Part shown: positions 12,401 through 25,155 of the stretch, in pieces
Position numbering within the stretch: the first letter of the stretch is position 1
Layout of the letters: each line of letters begins with the position of its first letter
Source of the DNA: Octopus sinensis
Taxonomy: Eukaryota
Direction of reading: 5' to 3'
Length of the DNA stretch: 64,000 nucleotides
Assembly (NCBI RefSeq): GCF_006345805.1
Contig: NC_043011.1
Location: 14,892,464 to 14,956,463 of the forward strand
Made by a program: the position numbers and the translations under genes
Notes under the pieces: generated by a model
The model's database searches: none
What the model was told of the DNA's origin: nothing
Seen by the model: the letters and a program-made list of their open reading frames with translations, nothing else

Positions 12401-13122
12401 AGTGGTAGCCAAATAAGGACCTAAAAATTCTTATATGTACATTAGAAAGTTTACACCTGAATCATACTAAACATATATACGTATGTAGATACATACATAT
12501 ATATATATATATATTTGAATAGACATCTCCATCAGTTAGTAATAATTACTTGTACTAAAAACTTTTAAGGCTAATTTTTTGTAGTTTTCAGAAAATAGAT
12601 GAATGGACGAAAATGTGATCTGATGAAATGTTGCTTTGTTGCGAGAAAATCCTTGTTAACTATAATGATGCATAATTAGTATTTCATTATCTGCATATAC
12701 TTTGCATAGTTTTACATATTTTTATTGAGTTGTATATATATTTGATATTATATTGTATATATTTTGAAAGCTGATGTGATACATAAATACACCCCTCCCA
12801 CACACACACATATATACACAAATAATCTTTTTGGGGAATAATGAATTTTGGGGCATATCATATATGTCTATAATGATTAGCACGTTAACTTATGTATAAA
12901 TATATATAGGTTCATAAATGTTCAATGTATTTCTTAAATATACACCAAGAAGACTCCAGCTCAATAAATTACTCAATACATTATAAAAAATATATCTAGA
13001 GAGAGAGAGAGCGTATAATTTTTTTTATTTAAAACAAGATCTTCATAGGAATGGTAACTATTTGAAAGCATATCATATATTGCAAGCCAAAAATAACTAC
13101 AGAGTGGAAACTAACTGTATGT

Positions 13123-13158
<36 letters not shown>

Positions 13159-13928
13159 AACAAATGAAAGTGAACAACCCATTTAATTTCTAAAAGTATA
13201 TAAGTAGAATCTGAGAAAAAAAGCATCACCTCATAAAAAAAAAATTTGTTGTTAAAACGCATTGAATATTGTTGCAGGCGTTAGTTATTACTAATGGTCC
13301 ATGAATGAATCCTAAGTCAGTTATTCTCCAACATGAAAGCTATTGAAGCCATAATGTATAATACAGAAGAAAAAAAAATACAAGATAAATTCTTTAGATA
13401 TAAATAAGTTTGTCTAAATGCATTTAAGTTTTTCTAGTTTTCATCAAGTTCATTCATATCAAAGCAGCAGTGATATGTTGTTATGTTCTCCATCTACACA
13501 CTACTCACATTTGATTTTTTTTTCTCATTATCTGGTACTAGACTTACTTAGAAAGCAATAGTACTAATTTCTTTTTCATTTGCAATATTTCTAAATGGTA
13601 ACATATAATACAACTGGAAGTGGGGGGAAATAAATCTGATCTTTTCTTTTTTAAATTTTAAAAGAAAAAAATTAAGTGTCATAGCATATAATACCTGAAG
13701 ATTCTGTCAAAGACACACAAAAAAAATGTTTTTAGAGCGCAATTGTAACGTTATTCTATTTAAGTTATTCTATATAAAATAGCATTTTCCTGATCTGACC
13801 ATTGCAGTCTCTTCATGAAAAACTGGTATGGTTGATTTTTAGTTTAAACACCAGTAAATCAATGGCTGCAGAAAAAAAATTAGGTGGGCGCAAATTCCAG
13901 ATGGTTGACATTCTGGGAAAGAAAGATT

Positions 13929-14347
13929 GGATATTTTCGGTTTGAACGACAGTTTTTAACATAATTTCTAGGTAACTAAAAAATTCTAAACTTCGTATAC
14001 TGGTAGAATGTGTTTATAAAACATCTTTTTCGCTTGGCTTTGTTGAGAAAATTCTATAGTTTGTAAGATATTTGTTGTTTTTTTCTTCAATTCCTGCAAT
14101 TTCAACCAATCAATGACCGTCTATTGAGGTGAAAACATTCTGTGCTGTATGAAAATGTCCCTCGTTTAAGAAACAGATTGGGTTTATTTACATTTCTGAA
14201 GAAAAAAAGATACCCTTCCCCCACCCCTAACCCTAACCCTAACAACCCTAACCCTAAAACAGATTGAAATGCAATAGATCGATAATTATGGGTGACAATT
14301 TCATATGACACCGTTAGAAAAAACTGCAGTTCAAACCGAAAAAATCT
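13929..14347 (-). mobile_element. Telomere-repeat MITE copy 1 (Merlin-like)
   Basis: ~29-bp TIRs GGAT(C/A)TTTTCGGTTTGAACG.CAGTTTTT; TSD GAAAGATT (13921-28/14348-55); internal CCCTAA repeats. Confidence 0.9.
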
Positions 14348-16963
14348 GAAAGATTCGTTATAATAATTAGCTCAGGGCCTGATAGGTTTGAAACACATTA
14401 TCAGGGTTTAGTAGAGGTGTATTAGGGATCTGTTGCAGCTAACTACTTCCAAAGCGTTGAAGTAATATTAGTAGAAAATAGTGAAAGTGGGGAGACAGGT
14501 GCATTTGTGTTTATTGTCACTCTCTTTAAATTACTTGTTTTATTAGCTTCAATAGTATTGTGTGATGCAGCGATGGAGGGGTTATTAGACAGAGATGCAG
14601 CAACAAGGTAGAACTGGATGGAGATAATAGGTGAACTGCAAGAAGAATTTTGGAATCACAGCTATGGAATGATGTGTCAGCAGTATTGGATTCCTTCCAT
14701 TTCATTTGCTCTGCAATAAAGCACGTTGGAAATCCAGCAACCCTATAAAGTGATGTTTCAACAACAGAGATTTCTTGTTATCCATATTCTCTGCCTGTAG
14801 ATATATAGGGAAAGTAGCAGCTTATATATATAGTGTGATGGGTCAATAACAGGAGAGATAGCTTACTTTACTGCTGTAGTTATTGATGAGAATAAAGATA
14901 GTCATTGATAAAAACCACAAATTATTGAGAAACTGAAACCAAATACGTAAACCAGCAAAATGTTAATACATCAAAGTGTTTAAGATATTGACAGTAACCA
15001 TTTGCAATGAAAAATAGCAGACCAAAACACATAAATCAACCATAAATCTACAAATCATCAGATGCTGTTAACATGATCAATGTCGAAATTTTACATCCAT
15101 TCTTCCATGTTACGATGAAAATTTATTTCTTTCAGACATGCAAATACCTTGAAAGATCTTCATATTTTGGCAACAAATCAATCTGATTTCTTTATAACGA
15201 GGAAATTATCAATTTATTATAATTAAAGTAACACACATATATGAATTAGATAAGTTTTTAGAACAATGCAGACAAAAGCTTCAGAAAGCTAAATTTTCTG
15301 AAATTATGTTTAAGTTAGAATTAGTGAGGAAAGGATCTTGCATAGCTAGCAATTGAGCAAGAATATTTTTTCACTAGGAACAGCTTACAGGGTTGTTATA
15401 TTTTATATTCATGAACAAAGCATTTCTTCTACTGTATCTCTTACAATAAAATGATTGCTGCTGGAGATTGAAATGCCCTCTTAACCACAAACGATTTATA
15501 TTTTATATAATATTTCATTCAACTTTCTTTGCTGTAATGGGTGGGATGAACTGCTGATTCTAAAAATATGGGCATATATATTGTTTGATTTGTTTTTACA
15601 GCTGGAACCTTTATTCCGATAAAAATGAATTGTGAACGAGCAGGAATGAAGCACAAATGGCTATACAGGTTAGCCAAGAGCACCGTGTTGTCAATAGTTG
15701 AGCATATCAAGTGTACAACTATGTTGCCAGATAACAGACATGTCAAGCAGGAAAATGTAAAATAAAAATATACTTTTGAATAGTGATATGTATGTAACAA
15801 CTATTCAGGAAAGTTTAATTTATAAAATAATTCTCATGTGACAAGTTAATGGTAAACAAAAATAGTCAATGCTGAAATGCCTGCAATTTACTAAATAAAG
15901 CAGGTAGACTTTCAGTGGAGTTTTGGAATTAATTGATTATTTTTGTTTTACATTTACAAGTGTTATGATAACAAGTGACATTGATTTACTAGAGTAGGTC
16001 TTCTATATTCAAACAGTTGCAAACGTTTAAACTAATATAATGAAATTATATTATTCTTGATGTGTGGAAAAAACTTTTAGTTGGGTCAATAATTATGTTT
16101 TTTAGAATTAAAAAAAAAAGAACATTGAAAAATAAAGATGAAATATTCTTTTAAAAAGAATGGAAAAGAAGAAAATCAGCAGAACAGAAAAAAATCTTTA
16201 TAAATAGGTTTGTAATTAAGTTTTAAGTTGAATATTCCCTAGGTAAAACAATCTGAATGAGATTCTCTTTTAAGTCTTTCTCTCTTAGTTTCATAGAAAT
16301 TTAGATCAAAGACCGAACTAAAGTTCTTTAAATGTTCCAGGTGCAACTTAGCATAAAATATATATCCTATCAACGCATTACGTTAACAATGTTAATCTCA
16401 CAAGGCATTACACAAAATGTAGCTTATAATAATTCACTTGCCAACTAGCAGCCATTTGTACAGGAAGCTTGTAGAAGGAAAGATTTTTTTTTTTACGTCG
16501 GCACAAGATCAGAAATTTTGTGGGAAGGGAAAATTTAACTGAGACTGATTCATGAGATTGAAGCAAAAATAAAAATAATAAAATTTAAGGTAGTAAATGA
16601 ACCATTCAAATTTAAAACTGTTTGGTATGTTTTGGCTTTTGAAATTGAAATTAACAAAAAAATTTACGATTCAAATTAGAATTCTCTAAAACCATTTTTA
16701 TCACAGAAGATCATGACTAGTTTTGACAAGTTTCATTATCAAATATTCACTACAAATATAAATTTTTCTGGATGAAAACTATTTTTAGTTGACACAAAAT
16801 ATTTTATTATTCACTAATATGTGAGAATATTCAGAATTAGCATTCAAGTACTTGAATACTTAGGATGAGAACTACGAGTGATTGTTAGCTGTTGAATTAT
16901 AAAATATCTCCTCCATTGATCTAATGGTTCTGAAGCTTAACTCGAACATGTACAGGAGCAGAG

Positions 16964-17238
16964 AATACCTACAGCTCCACGAGGCTCCGACAGCAGGTGG
17001 TGGCGACCCCTGTTGTACTCTTTCGCTCCAACTTTCTCTCACTCCTTCTTCCTGTTTCTTGTCCCCGACTTCCTACGCAACCGCTGAGCCTGGATGCGCA
17101 TTCATCCATTCGTCGGTGCTCTCGGTGTCGGGGGTTGACCTGCTTTCTCTTCTGCGGGTCTTACGAATAGCAAAGGACCACGTTTCGGACTTCTCCCACG
17201 AAGACCGCTTCGCTCAACAAACAAACAAACAAACAAAC
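16964..17238 (+). mobile_element. SINE family B tail type 1, 5'-truncated
   Basis: matches 3' part of 724-1057; (AAAC)n end. Confidence 0.85.
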
Positions 17239-17877
17239 AGGAGCAGAGAGAAGTAGTTCTATATTCAAACAATTTCAAACATTCTAGCCCTTATAATGAA
17301 ATGATGTTACTTTTTATGAGTGAGTGTTAAAGGGTTCGCAACAACCGCTCACAAAGCAGTGGATGAACAATCCTCAGCTTCAATAGATCTTGTGGCTACT
17401 CCACCAACTGTGAGTTTCGAATTCACTGCTTACAACTATCTTTGAGTTGGTATATTGAACTGAGTATAACGCAGAGCTCAAAATAATTCAAAACGTGGCA
17501 TCTGTAAAGGTTTTTGAAAAGCCCATCATTACAAAACATTTTCTTCTCTCGTAATATAAATGATAGCTTTATATATGTGCGAGGTGTTGGCTTAGGTGAG
17601 AAAACCAATCATCCGATACCTTTGCCAATGAAATAATAATTGGCTTATGACCTGGGAAAGCTATTAAATTCTTGCTCTTTGACTTCTGCTGAAAATAACG
17701 AATAGCAATATAAAAGCCAAAAAAGATTTTTTTCTTTAGTTTAAAAAGCTATCTTTAAAATTTATTCCCAGAACCAAATATTAAGATATATTTCTCTCTG
17801 TAAGTATTTCTGAAGAATGCAACAACACTATTCACACATTATTAACTAATGAATGGCTGACAAAATGTACATATTTT

Positions 17878-18272
17878 TCTCTACTCTAGGCACAAGGCTC
17901 GAAATTTTGGGGGAGGGGGCCAGTCGATTAGATCGACCCCAGTGCGTAACTGGTGTTTAATTCATCGATCCCGAAAGGATGAAAGGCTAAGTCGACCTCG
18001 GCGGAATTTTAACTCAGAACGCAGCAGCAGACGAAATACCTATTTCTTTACTATCCACAAGGGGCTAAACACAGAGAGGACAGACAAGGAAAGACAAACG
18101 GATTAAGTCGATTATATCGACTCCAGTGCGTAACTGGTACTTATTTAATCGACCCCGAAAGGATGAAAGGCAAAGTTGACCTCGGCAAAATTTGAACTCA
18201 GAACGTAGCGGCAGACGAAATACCGCTAAGCATTTGCTCAGCTTGCTAACGTTTCTGCCAGCTCACCGCCTT
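17878..18272 (-). mobile_element. Dimeric SINE family C (C unit plus variant-tail unit)
   Basis: same GACGAAATACC|TATTTCTTTAC junction at ~18040. Confidence 0.85.
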
Positions 18273-19834
18273 ACAAAATATATGACTTCAACAAACTCAC
18301 TGTAGTCCAATAGAAGCTCTTAGGCTGATTGCATACAAACCCCAGATCACTAGACCTCAAAGCAATGCTATTGACATAACAGGAAAGACCCACATTCTGG
18401 TTGGAAGTTTCTTGCATTGAACTGTCAGAAATTGGAACAAGTTTCTGATGACTATCACTAGAGCCATATCGACAACGAAATACATACTTTCAAATGCCAA
18501 GTACATAGACAACTATTGTTACTCTCACCATCGGAAAAGCAATGAACCAGTGATTATACCGCTGAAAACTATAGCAGCATCATTATCAAAAATAGTCAGT
18601 TCCATTTCTTGTTAATTAGCATTCTGTTATGTATCAACTATTTTCTTAAACTATTGAATGATTTTAAATCAATATTTTTCATTCAGAATGTAGATTAGAA
18701 TCTATGTTAAAATTAAACTCTTCTTTATCAGTAACTTTTCACGTTGAGTGAGAGCATTATGAAACCCTGTAAGTAAATACTACAGACAAAGCTATCAGTA
18801 GGAACAATGGCGTATTTTCCTTTCTCCAATTAAATTTACAGTCCATGATCATGTAACTGAGGAAATTTACTATCTTATAATGAGAATCTGATGATACAAA
18901 CATAGTTTGAATTATTACGAAGTAAAAACAAATCTAGTAAGATATAATTTTTTTGGCGACAATAAAGATTTTAGTGCATTTTGTAGAAGTGTATATTTCG
19001 GTGTCGATCTGTCGTTCATTTCAACTAAAAGGTTAATCACCTGACGTATGAATGCAGTAAAGGGTCAGAGACTAATAATTGATCACGGTATATCGGATTA
19101 CTTATCTTTAGTGCAATACCTCAGCAGCTATTTGAGACATGTGGAGTTCCAATAATAAAAGCATTTAATGTCGATAATTTTGTTGTTTGGGTTATCGATG
19201 ATGGTGAGAATTCTTAGATTCATGCGCGCTTGAGTTAGCTACAGTAAATAAAGAAGTATTGAGATTTGACAGCGATGATGTGCAACTGCATGATAATTAA
19301 GTCTATGGTAATCGATTTTTTCCTAGTTTCCTTCATATTAATATGATGACCATCACCATAAAGACAGTCGAGTAGAAAATGTCGGTAGGTGAAAAAAATT
19401 CCTGTGTTTTGTTTGTACTTGAACAATCTTGGAGCTCCTCGCGTTCATGAATTTTGAACAAATCCCAAGCTGTTCTCACCTGGTCTGGTAAGTGACGAGC
19501 AAATATTTCATGGAACTAAAACAGAGTTTACATTAATCCAAGAGAGCCAGAAAAACCTTGATTGATCAGAGGAATGACTGAAATCCAGTCGTTCAGAAAT
19601 TTTACTTATGTACAATATGATACAGAGGTTTGGCCCTTCTTCGGAACACGATATTTGTACAGTGAAAAGAGCAAAGGCACAAATCAGTCTTTCTACATCT
19701 AGATGTAATGATTCTCTACATTGTCACGATATCACTTGGTTGTAGGAAAGAAATATATTGTAAATTTAATTGACCCAAGTGTTCATCTCCTCTACCCTGG
19801 GTGATATTCTAACAAAGAATATTAAAAGAGCTTA

Positions 19835-20462
19835 ATATTGGTTTCAAATTTCTGCACAAGGTCAACAATTTTGGGAGAGTGGGTAAGTCGATTAAATCGA
19901 CCTCAGTACTCAACTATCGACCTTCGAAAGGATGAAACGTAACGTTAACCACGACGGAATTTGAGGATCTTTTCAGTTTGAACGGCAGTTTTTTTCTAGC
20001 GGTGTCATATGAAATTGTCACCCATAATTATGACCCTAGTATTGATCTATTGCATTTCAATCTGTTTTAGGGTTAGGGTTAGGGGCGAAGGGTATCTTTT
20101 TTTCTTCACAAATGTAAATAAACCCAATCTGTTTCTTAAACGAGGGACATATTCATACGGCACAGAATGTTTTCACCTCAATAGACGTCATTGATTGGTT
20201 GAAATTGCAGAAATTGAAGAAAAATACAACAACAAATATCTTACAAATTATAGAATTTTCTCAATAAAGCCAAGAGAAAAAGATGTTTTATAAACACATT
20301 CTACTAGTATACGAAGTTTAAATGTGTTTAGTTACGTGGACATTATTTTAAAAAACTGCCGTTCAAACCGAAAAGATCCGAATTTGAATTCAGAACACAG
20401 AGACGGACGAAATGCTGTTAAGCATGTTGCCCGGCATGCTAATGATTCTACCAGCTCGCCTT
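19835..20462 (-). mobile_element. SINE family C copy interrupted by MITE copy 2
   Basis: SINE sequence resumes after the duplicated GAATTTGA. Confidence 0.8.
19965..20379 (+). mobile_element. Telomere-repeat MITE copy 2
   Basis: TIRs; TSD GAATTTGA (19957-64/20380-87); internal TTAGGGTTAGGGTTAGGG. Confidence 0.92.
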
Positions 20463-20622
20463 AAAGCAGTCCATTGTTGTACCTTTCTTGCTTCTCTGTT
20501 GATTGCCTGACACAAGACTCGCATGAAACAAGCTAGCACACTTGTATTCTTAATACGCTGAAAATTTATTCATTGCCACTTGTTCTACTGGCATTTCTGA
20601 AAAATTTCAGGTGGTCAAATTC

Positions 20623-20645
20623 ACTCACCTGCGGGGGGAAAAGTG
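20623..20645 (-). other. Recursive-splice-like 3'SS/5'SS juxtaposition
   Basis: minus strand ACTTTTCCCCCCGCAG|GTGAGT; junction between 20629 and 20628. Confidence 0.5.
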
Positions 20646-21528
20646 TCTAGGTTTATACATACAGGTTTCTGATTTTGTGTCGGTTGTTGAATGAGATAAG
20701 TCTATATAGCTAAGTTATGTTTTAGATTTCGACTGTAGATAAGCTGCTTCTTCCGAGAAAGTGAAATTATCATTTAGGTCAGTACCGGAAAACAAAGGTA
20801 CAAAAAAACCCCAAAAACAAAGAAGAAACAAAGCGAAGTGTCTAAACTTAAAATTTGACATAAAAGTCAAATATAACTGAATAATATGGCAAACTGGTTT
20901 TAGATTGTTTTCTGAAGAAACATTTCTGTTGGAGTAGTCTAATTTGAACTAATAATTTATAACACGATCTAGTTTAACCTGAGAAACTAGCTCAGCAGAT
21001 TTTATTGAAAAGAATGTGACATCTTAATAAAACAAAAACAAAAAAACCTGGATTTATTGAATGTGATTACAATTGTCACGCAGTATATTTGATTACTGAA
21101 GCTGACTGACCTAGAAATACAAGACAAATATTTTTATGGCGAAAAATTATCCGAGAATCTCTTTATTTGTTCTATAAATTACCTTATTTCACGGAAGTTT
21201 TTAGAATAGGTATTTCTTTCATATTTTTCAGTCTATATTTTCCTCAGAGGAAGTTGTTGTTGTCTAGCGCCGAATTGGACTGAATCATAAGCATTTCCGT
21301 CAAGATCATCACAGCAGTCTATGATTAGAGGAAAATTTGGCTGCTTTAGTAGCTGATAGTTGGCTCAGTATTAGCTCACGTAACGCTTCAGGGTGTAATT
21401 GTTAATTTAAGTTTTGTGTGTGCATTGTAGGAAATAACATTTTATAGCTATGGAAGTAGAATGCTATCAATCTGCAGCTACTTTACCTCAAGCCATTAAA
21501 ATGAAATGTCATGTTTTAGGGCAAACCA

Positions 21529-21845
21529 GGGAAGGCGCGTGGTTTAATGGTTAGGACATTCAGCTCACGATCTTAAGGTCGTGCGTTCTATTCCTGGCGG
21601 CACGTCGTTTTCTTTGACCAAGACACTTTATTTCACTTTATTCCACTGAGCTGACAAAAATGGTAGTACTTGTAATTCAGAGCGTCAGCCTTGTCACATT
21701 GTGTCACGCTGAATTTACCTGAGAACGACATGAAGCGTACGCATATCTGTGGAGTGCTCAGCCACTTGCAGGTTAACTTCACGTGCAGGCAGTTCTCTTG
21801 ATCGGATCAACTGGTAACCTCGTCGTCGTAATCGACGGAGTGTCA
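21529..21845 (+). mobile_element. Diverged tRNA-derived SINE (B-related head, CORE-like body, different tail)
   Basis: GGCGCGTGGTTTAATGGTTAGG head; CAAGACACTTTATTTCAC; tail ending GTCGTCGTAATCGACGGAGTG. Confidence 0.65.
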
Positions 21846-22169
21846 GTTAAGGGCAAACTATGATGCTGGTGTTAGCAATAGAACATAACAGTTATAGATC
21901 ATTGCGTTGAGGCTTTAAGTACTGGACCACGTTAGAAGGTATTTACAATACTTCTAGTTAATTTAATGATCAATAATTAAGTATTATATATAGGCACAAT
22001 CATAAAGTGGTTAAAATGTTTGCTTTGCAGTCATGTCATTTTGGGTTCGATCTCTTAATTTTTTTTTGTCGGGTAACTCTATCACTTCGGACACCACAAT
22101 TAAGTCAGCTTGTGTTGCCTGGACAATTAATTCTAGTCCGTACCCCCAGCATTTCAGCTGCTATGTTCT

Positions 22170-22800
22170 GGTTGCCTGTACGATTATGGATTTTCTTTGG
22201 TTCCTGAGAGGACGGCTACTGCTATCCACTCCTTTCTCATTTCCGGCGGAATCCTGCTAATCCTTACTCTAGAGGCTCTTTTCCCCAGGTAGGTTGGCAG
22301 GGGCAGCCATTCCTTGGTTCTTATTGGTACAGTGGAGTGCTTTACTGCCATTTCTACGAAGGCAAATCTTACCTTCACTGTACCATATTTCCTTCCTCGT
22401 GAGTAGTATGAAATGTTTTTTCTAATGTTGTTCAAACACTTCTCAATGGCATCCTCCGGAGCCATTTCTGTCTTCTTTCCAGGCAGGTATAGAGTCCTGT
22501 AGATAATAGTCTTTCTCTTTGCTTCTGCAATTAAATCTTCCGGAGTGGTCAACTTCACTTTTGCTCCCTCCTTTTCGCATATTCCATACATTCATGCAAT
22601 TTCTCAAGTGGGATAACCACCTCTCTCATTTCCAACTGAGGAACAGTCATATTCTGCTGTCCTGCTACTGACGTGTAGCTTCCAGTCCTTTCTTCTTCGC
22701 CTATATTAGGGCATCCCTGCTTCCATCCCGCGCAGGAGAAGAAATAAACAAAAAAACACGAGCTTGCTGCATAAGCTGTGTGTTCTGTAAGAACGGCAAC
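22170..22800 (-). pseudogene. Probable non-LTR retrotransposon 5' UTR plus ORF1 fragment
   Basis: 135-aa ORF (..RTLYL..YGTVKVRF..PTYLGKRASRVRISRIPPEM..) preceded, via a frameshift, by GSYTSVAGQ; family assignment is inference. Confidence 0.5.
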
Positions 22801-22815
22801 AAATCAACTATAAAT

Positions 22816-23275
22816 CTATTTCTTTACTACCCACAAGGAGCTAAACACAGAGAGGACTAACAAGGACAGAAAAACGGATCAAGTCGATTATATCGACCCC
22901 AGTGGGTAACTGGTACTTAATTTTTCGAGCTGGCAGAAACGTTAGCACGCCGGGCAAAATGCTTAGCGGTATTTCGTCTGCGTTACGTTGTGAGTTCAAA
23001 TTCCGCCGAGGTCGACTTTGCCTTTCATCCTTTCGGGGTCGATAAATTAAGTACCAGTTACGCACTGGGGTCGATGTAATCGACTTAATACCTATGTCTG
23101 TCCTTGTTTGTCCCCTCTGTGTTTAGCCCCTTGTGGGTAATAAAGAAATAGGTACTTAATTTATCGACCCCGAAAGGATGAAAGGCAAAGTCAACCTCGG
23201 CGGAATTTGAACTCAGAACGTAGCGGCAGACGAAATACGGCTACGCATTTCGCCGGGCGTGCTAAAGTTTCTGCC
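22816..23275 (-). mobile_element. SINE family C copy with nested antisense C copy (22927-23150, +)
   Basis: GGTACTTAATTT duplicated at 22912-23 and 23151-62 around the inner copy. Confidence 0.85.
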
Positions 23276-23411
23276 CAACAATTATAACAGTTCAATTTTA
23301 ACGCACCTGGGCAGAAGCCTTCAAGAAAGAAAATCACATGTAAATCCCAAAATTAAAATTAAAATTGAAAAGTTGTGCAGAATTCCGTCGCGTAAGAATG
23401 TGGGCACAAAG

Positions 23412-23643
23412 GGCGGCGAGCTGGCAGAAACGTTAGCACGCCGGGCGAAATGCGTAGCCGTATTTCGTCTGTCGATACGTTCCGAGTTCAAATTCCGCCG
23501 AGGTCGACTTTGCCTTTCATCCTTTCGGGGTCGATAAATTAAATACCAGTTACGCACTGGGGTCGATGTAATCAACTTAATCCGTTTGTCTGTCCTCGTT
23601 TGTCCCCTCTGTGTTTAGCCCCTTGTGGGTAGTAAAGAAATAT
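23412..23643 (+). mobile_element. SINE family C, full length
   Basis: GGCGGCGAGCTGGCAGAAACGTTAGC...GAGTTCAAATTCC...GCCTTTCATCCTTTCGGGGTCGATAAA...GTAAAGAAATA. Confidence 0.9.
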
Positions 23644-23859
23644 ATGTATGTAGGCACATACATATAATGAATGTATGTGTATGTTTGTGAACGTCACCAA
23701 AAACTACCTCAGTGAAAAACAAAAAACAAAAACAGATAGACGATTAAGTATGCTTAAATTCAATGGCGGCTTATAGATAAGATTAATGGTGGTGGGTGGG
23801 TGCTGCGTCAGAAAAATTTTAGCCGCTGTTTTAATATTGTGTAAAAGGAAACAAACAGT

Positions 23860-24212
23860 GGGTTCAGTCCCACTGCATGGCACCTTGGGCAAGTGTCTTC
23901 TACTATAGCCTCGGGCCGACCAAAGCCTTGTGAGTGGATTTGGTAGACGGAAACTGAAAGAAGCCCGTCGTATATATATATGTATGTGTATGTGTGTGTG
24001 TTTGTGTGTCTGTGCTTGTTCCCCTAGCATTGCTTGACAACCGATGCTGGTGTGTTTATGTCCCCGTAACTTAGCGGTTCGGCAAAGGAGACCGATAGAA
24101 TAAGTACTGGGCTTACAAAGAATAAGTCCGGGGATCGAGTTGCTCGATTAAAGGCGGTGCTCCAGCATGGCCGCAGTCAAATGACTGAAATAAGTAAAAG
24201 AGTAAAGAGAGA
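23860..24212 (+). mobile_element. SINE family A, 5'-truncated
   Basis: starts at GGGTTCAGTCCC; standard tail. Confidence 0.88.
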
Positions 24213-24239
24213 GTATATAAAAAGTATATTTATACATAA

Positions 24240-24660
24240 ACTTGATCGGTTCGCGTTTTAACCACTGCCGGGTGGTGTATTTAATTTGTTCACTGAACAC
24301 CGCCGTGAGTCCTTTTTTTTTTCAAAAATCCCCCCTAAATCTCAAAATAAAGGGGAGAAAATCTGCCCAATTTTGCAAATCCTGGCAGCAACACTGAAGC
24401 TAGAAGCAGGATAATACTCTAATTCTTCACTTTATCACATTCAAGAATATAAACACGTTTTTAAGCACAACACACGCGGAGTCAAAAGGAAACACTGCCT
24501 TCCACCGGCACGGCGTGCACGACAGTGCTGTCGCTCCCTAATGTGAAGCTTCCTATCTCGGACATATGAGCATGCGCACAACAGCTAAATACCACGTGTC
24601 TGGAACTGTGAAGAGCACAGTTCTATACAAGGGTTTTTGTATTTCTTTCATAAACTAGGG
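24240..24660. promoter_or_regulatory. Candidate promoter-like CpG-rich unique segment
   Basis: CpG-dense sequence not repeated in this window; CATGCGCA (NRF1-like), CCACGTG (E-box), plus-strand CC|GTGAGT donor at ~24305. Confidence 0.3.
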
Positions 24661-24721
24661 TATGGCTACTAACATTAAGCTTAAGGATTATATTATTTGT
24701 GCAAGTATAAAGAAAGAATTC

Positions 24722-25155
24722 AGATCTTTTCAGTTTGAACGGCAGTTTTTTCTAGCGGTGTCATATGAAATTGTCACCCATAATTATGACCCTAGTATCG
24801 ATTTATTGCATTTCAATCTGTTTTAGGGTTAGGGTTAGTTAGGGTTAGGGGTGGGAGGAAGGGTGTCTTTTTTTCTTCACAAATGTAAATAAACCTAATC
24901 TGTTACTTAAACGAGGGACATTTTCATACGGCACAGAATTTTTTTTTTTTTTACCTCAATAGACATCAGTGATTGGTTGGAATTGTTGAAATTGAAGAAA
25001 AAAAACAACAAATATCTTATAAACTATAGAATTTTCTCAATAAAGCCAAGAGAAAAAGATGTTTCATAAACACATTCTACCAGTATACGAAGTTTAAAAG
25101 TGTTTAGTTACGTGGAAATTATTTTAAAAAACTGCCGTTCAAACCGAAAAGATCC
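24722..25155 (+). mobile_element. Telomere-repeat MITE copy 3
   Basis: TIRs; TSD AAGAATTC/AAGAATTA (7/8); TTAGGGTTAGGGTTAGTTAGGGTTAGGG. Confidence 0.9.

Noticed and set aside
18444-18570. CTGATGA...GAAA / C-D box snoRNA
   Set aside because: No supporting stems; box C lacks the purine and there is no terminal stem.
22275-22295. Plus-strand CTCTTTTCCCCAG|GTAGGT recursive-like site
   Set aside because: Lies antisense within a TE ORF and has an upstream AG close by; likely chance.
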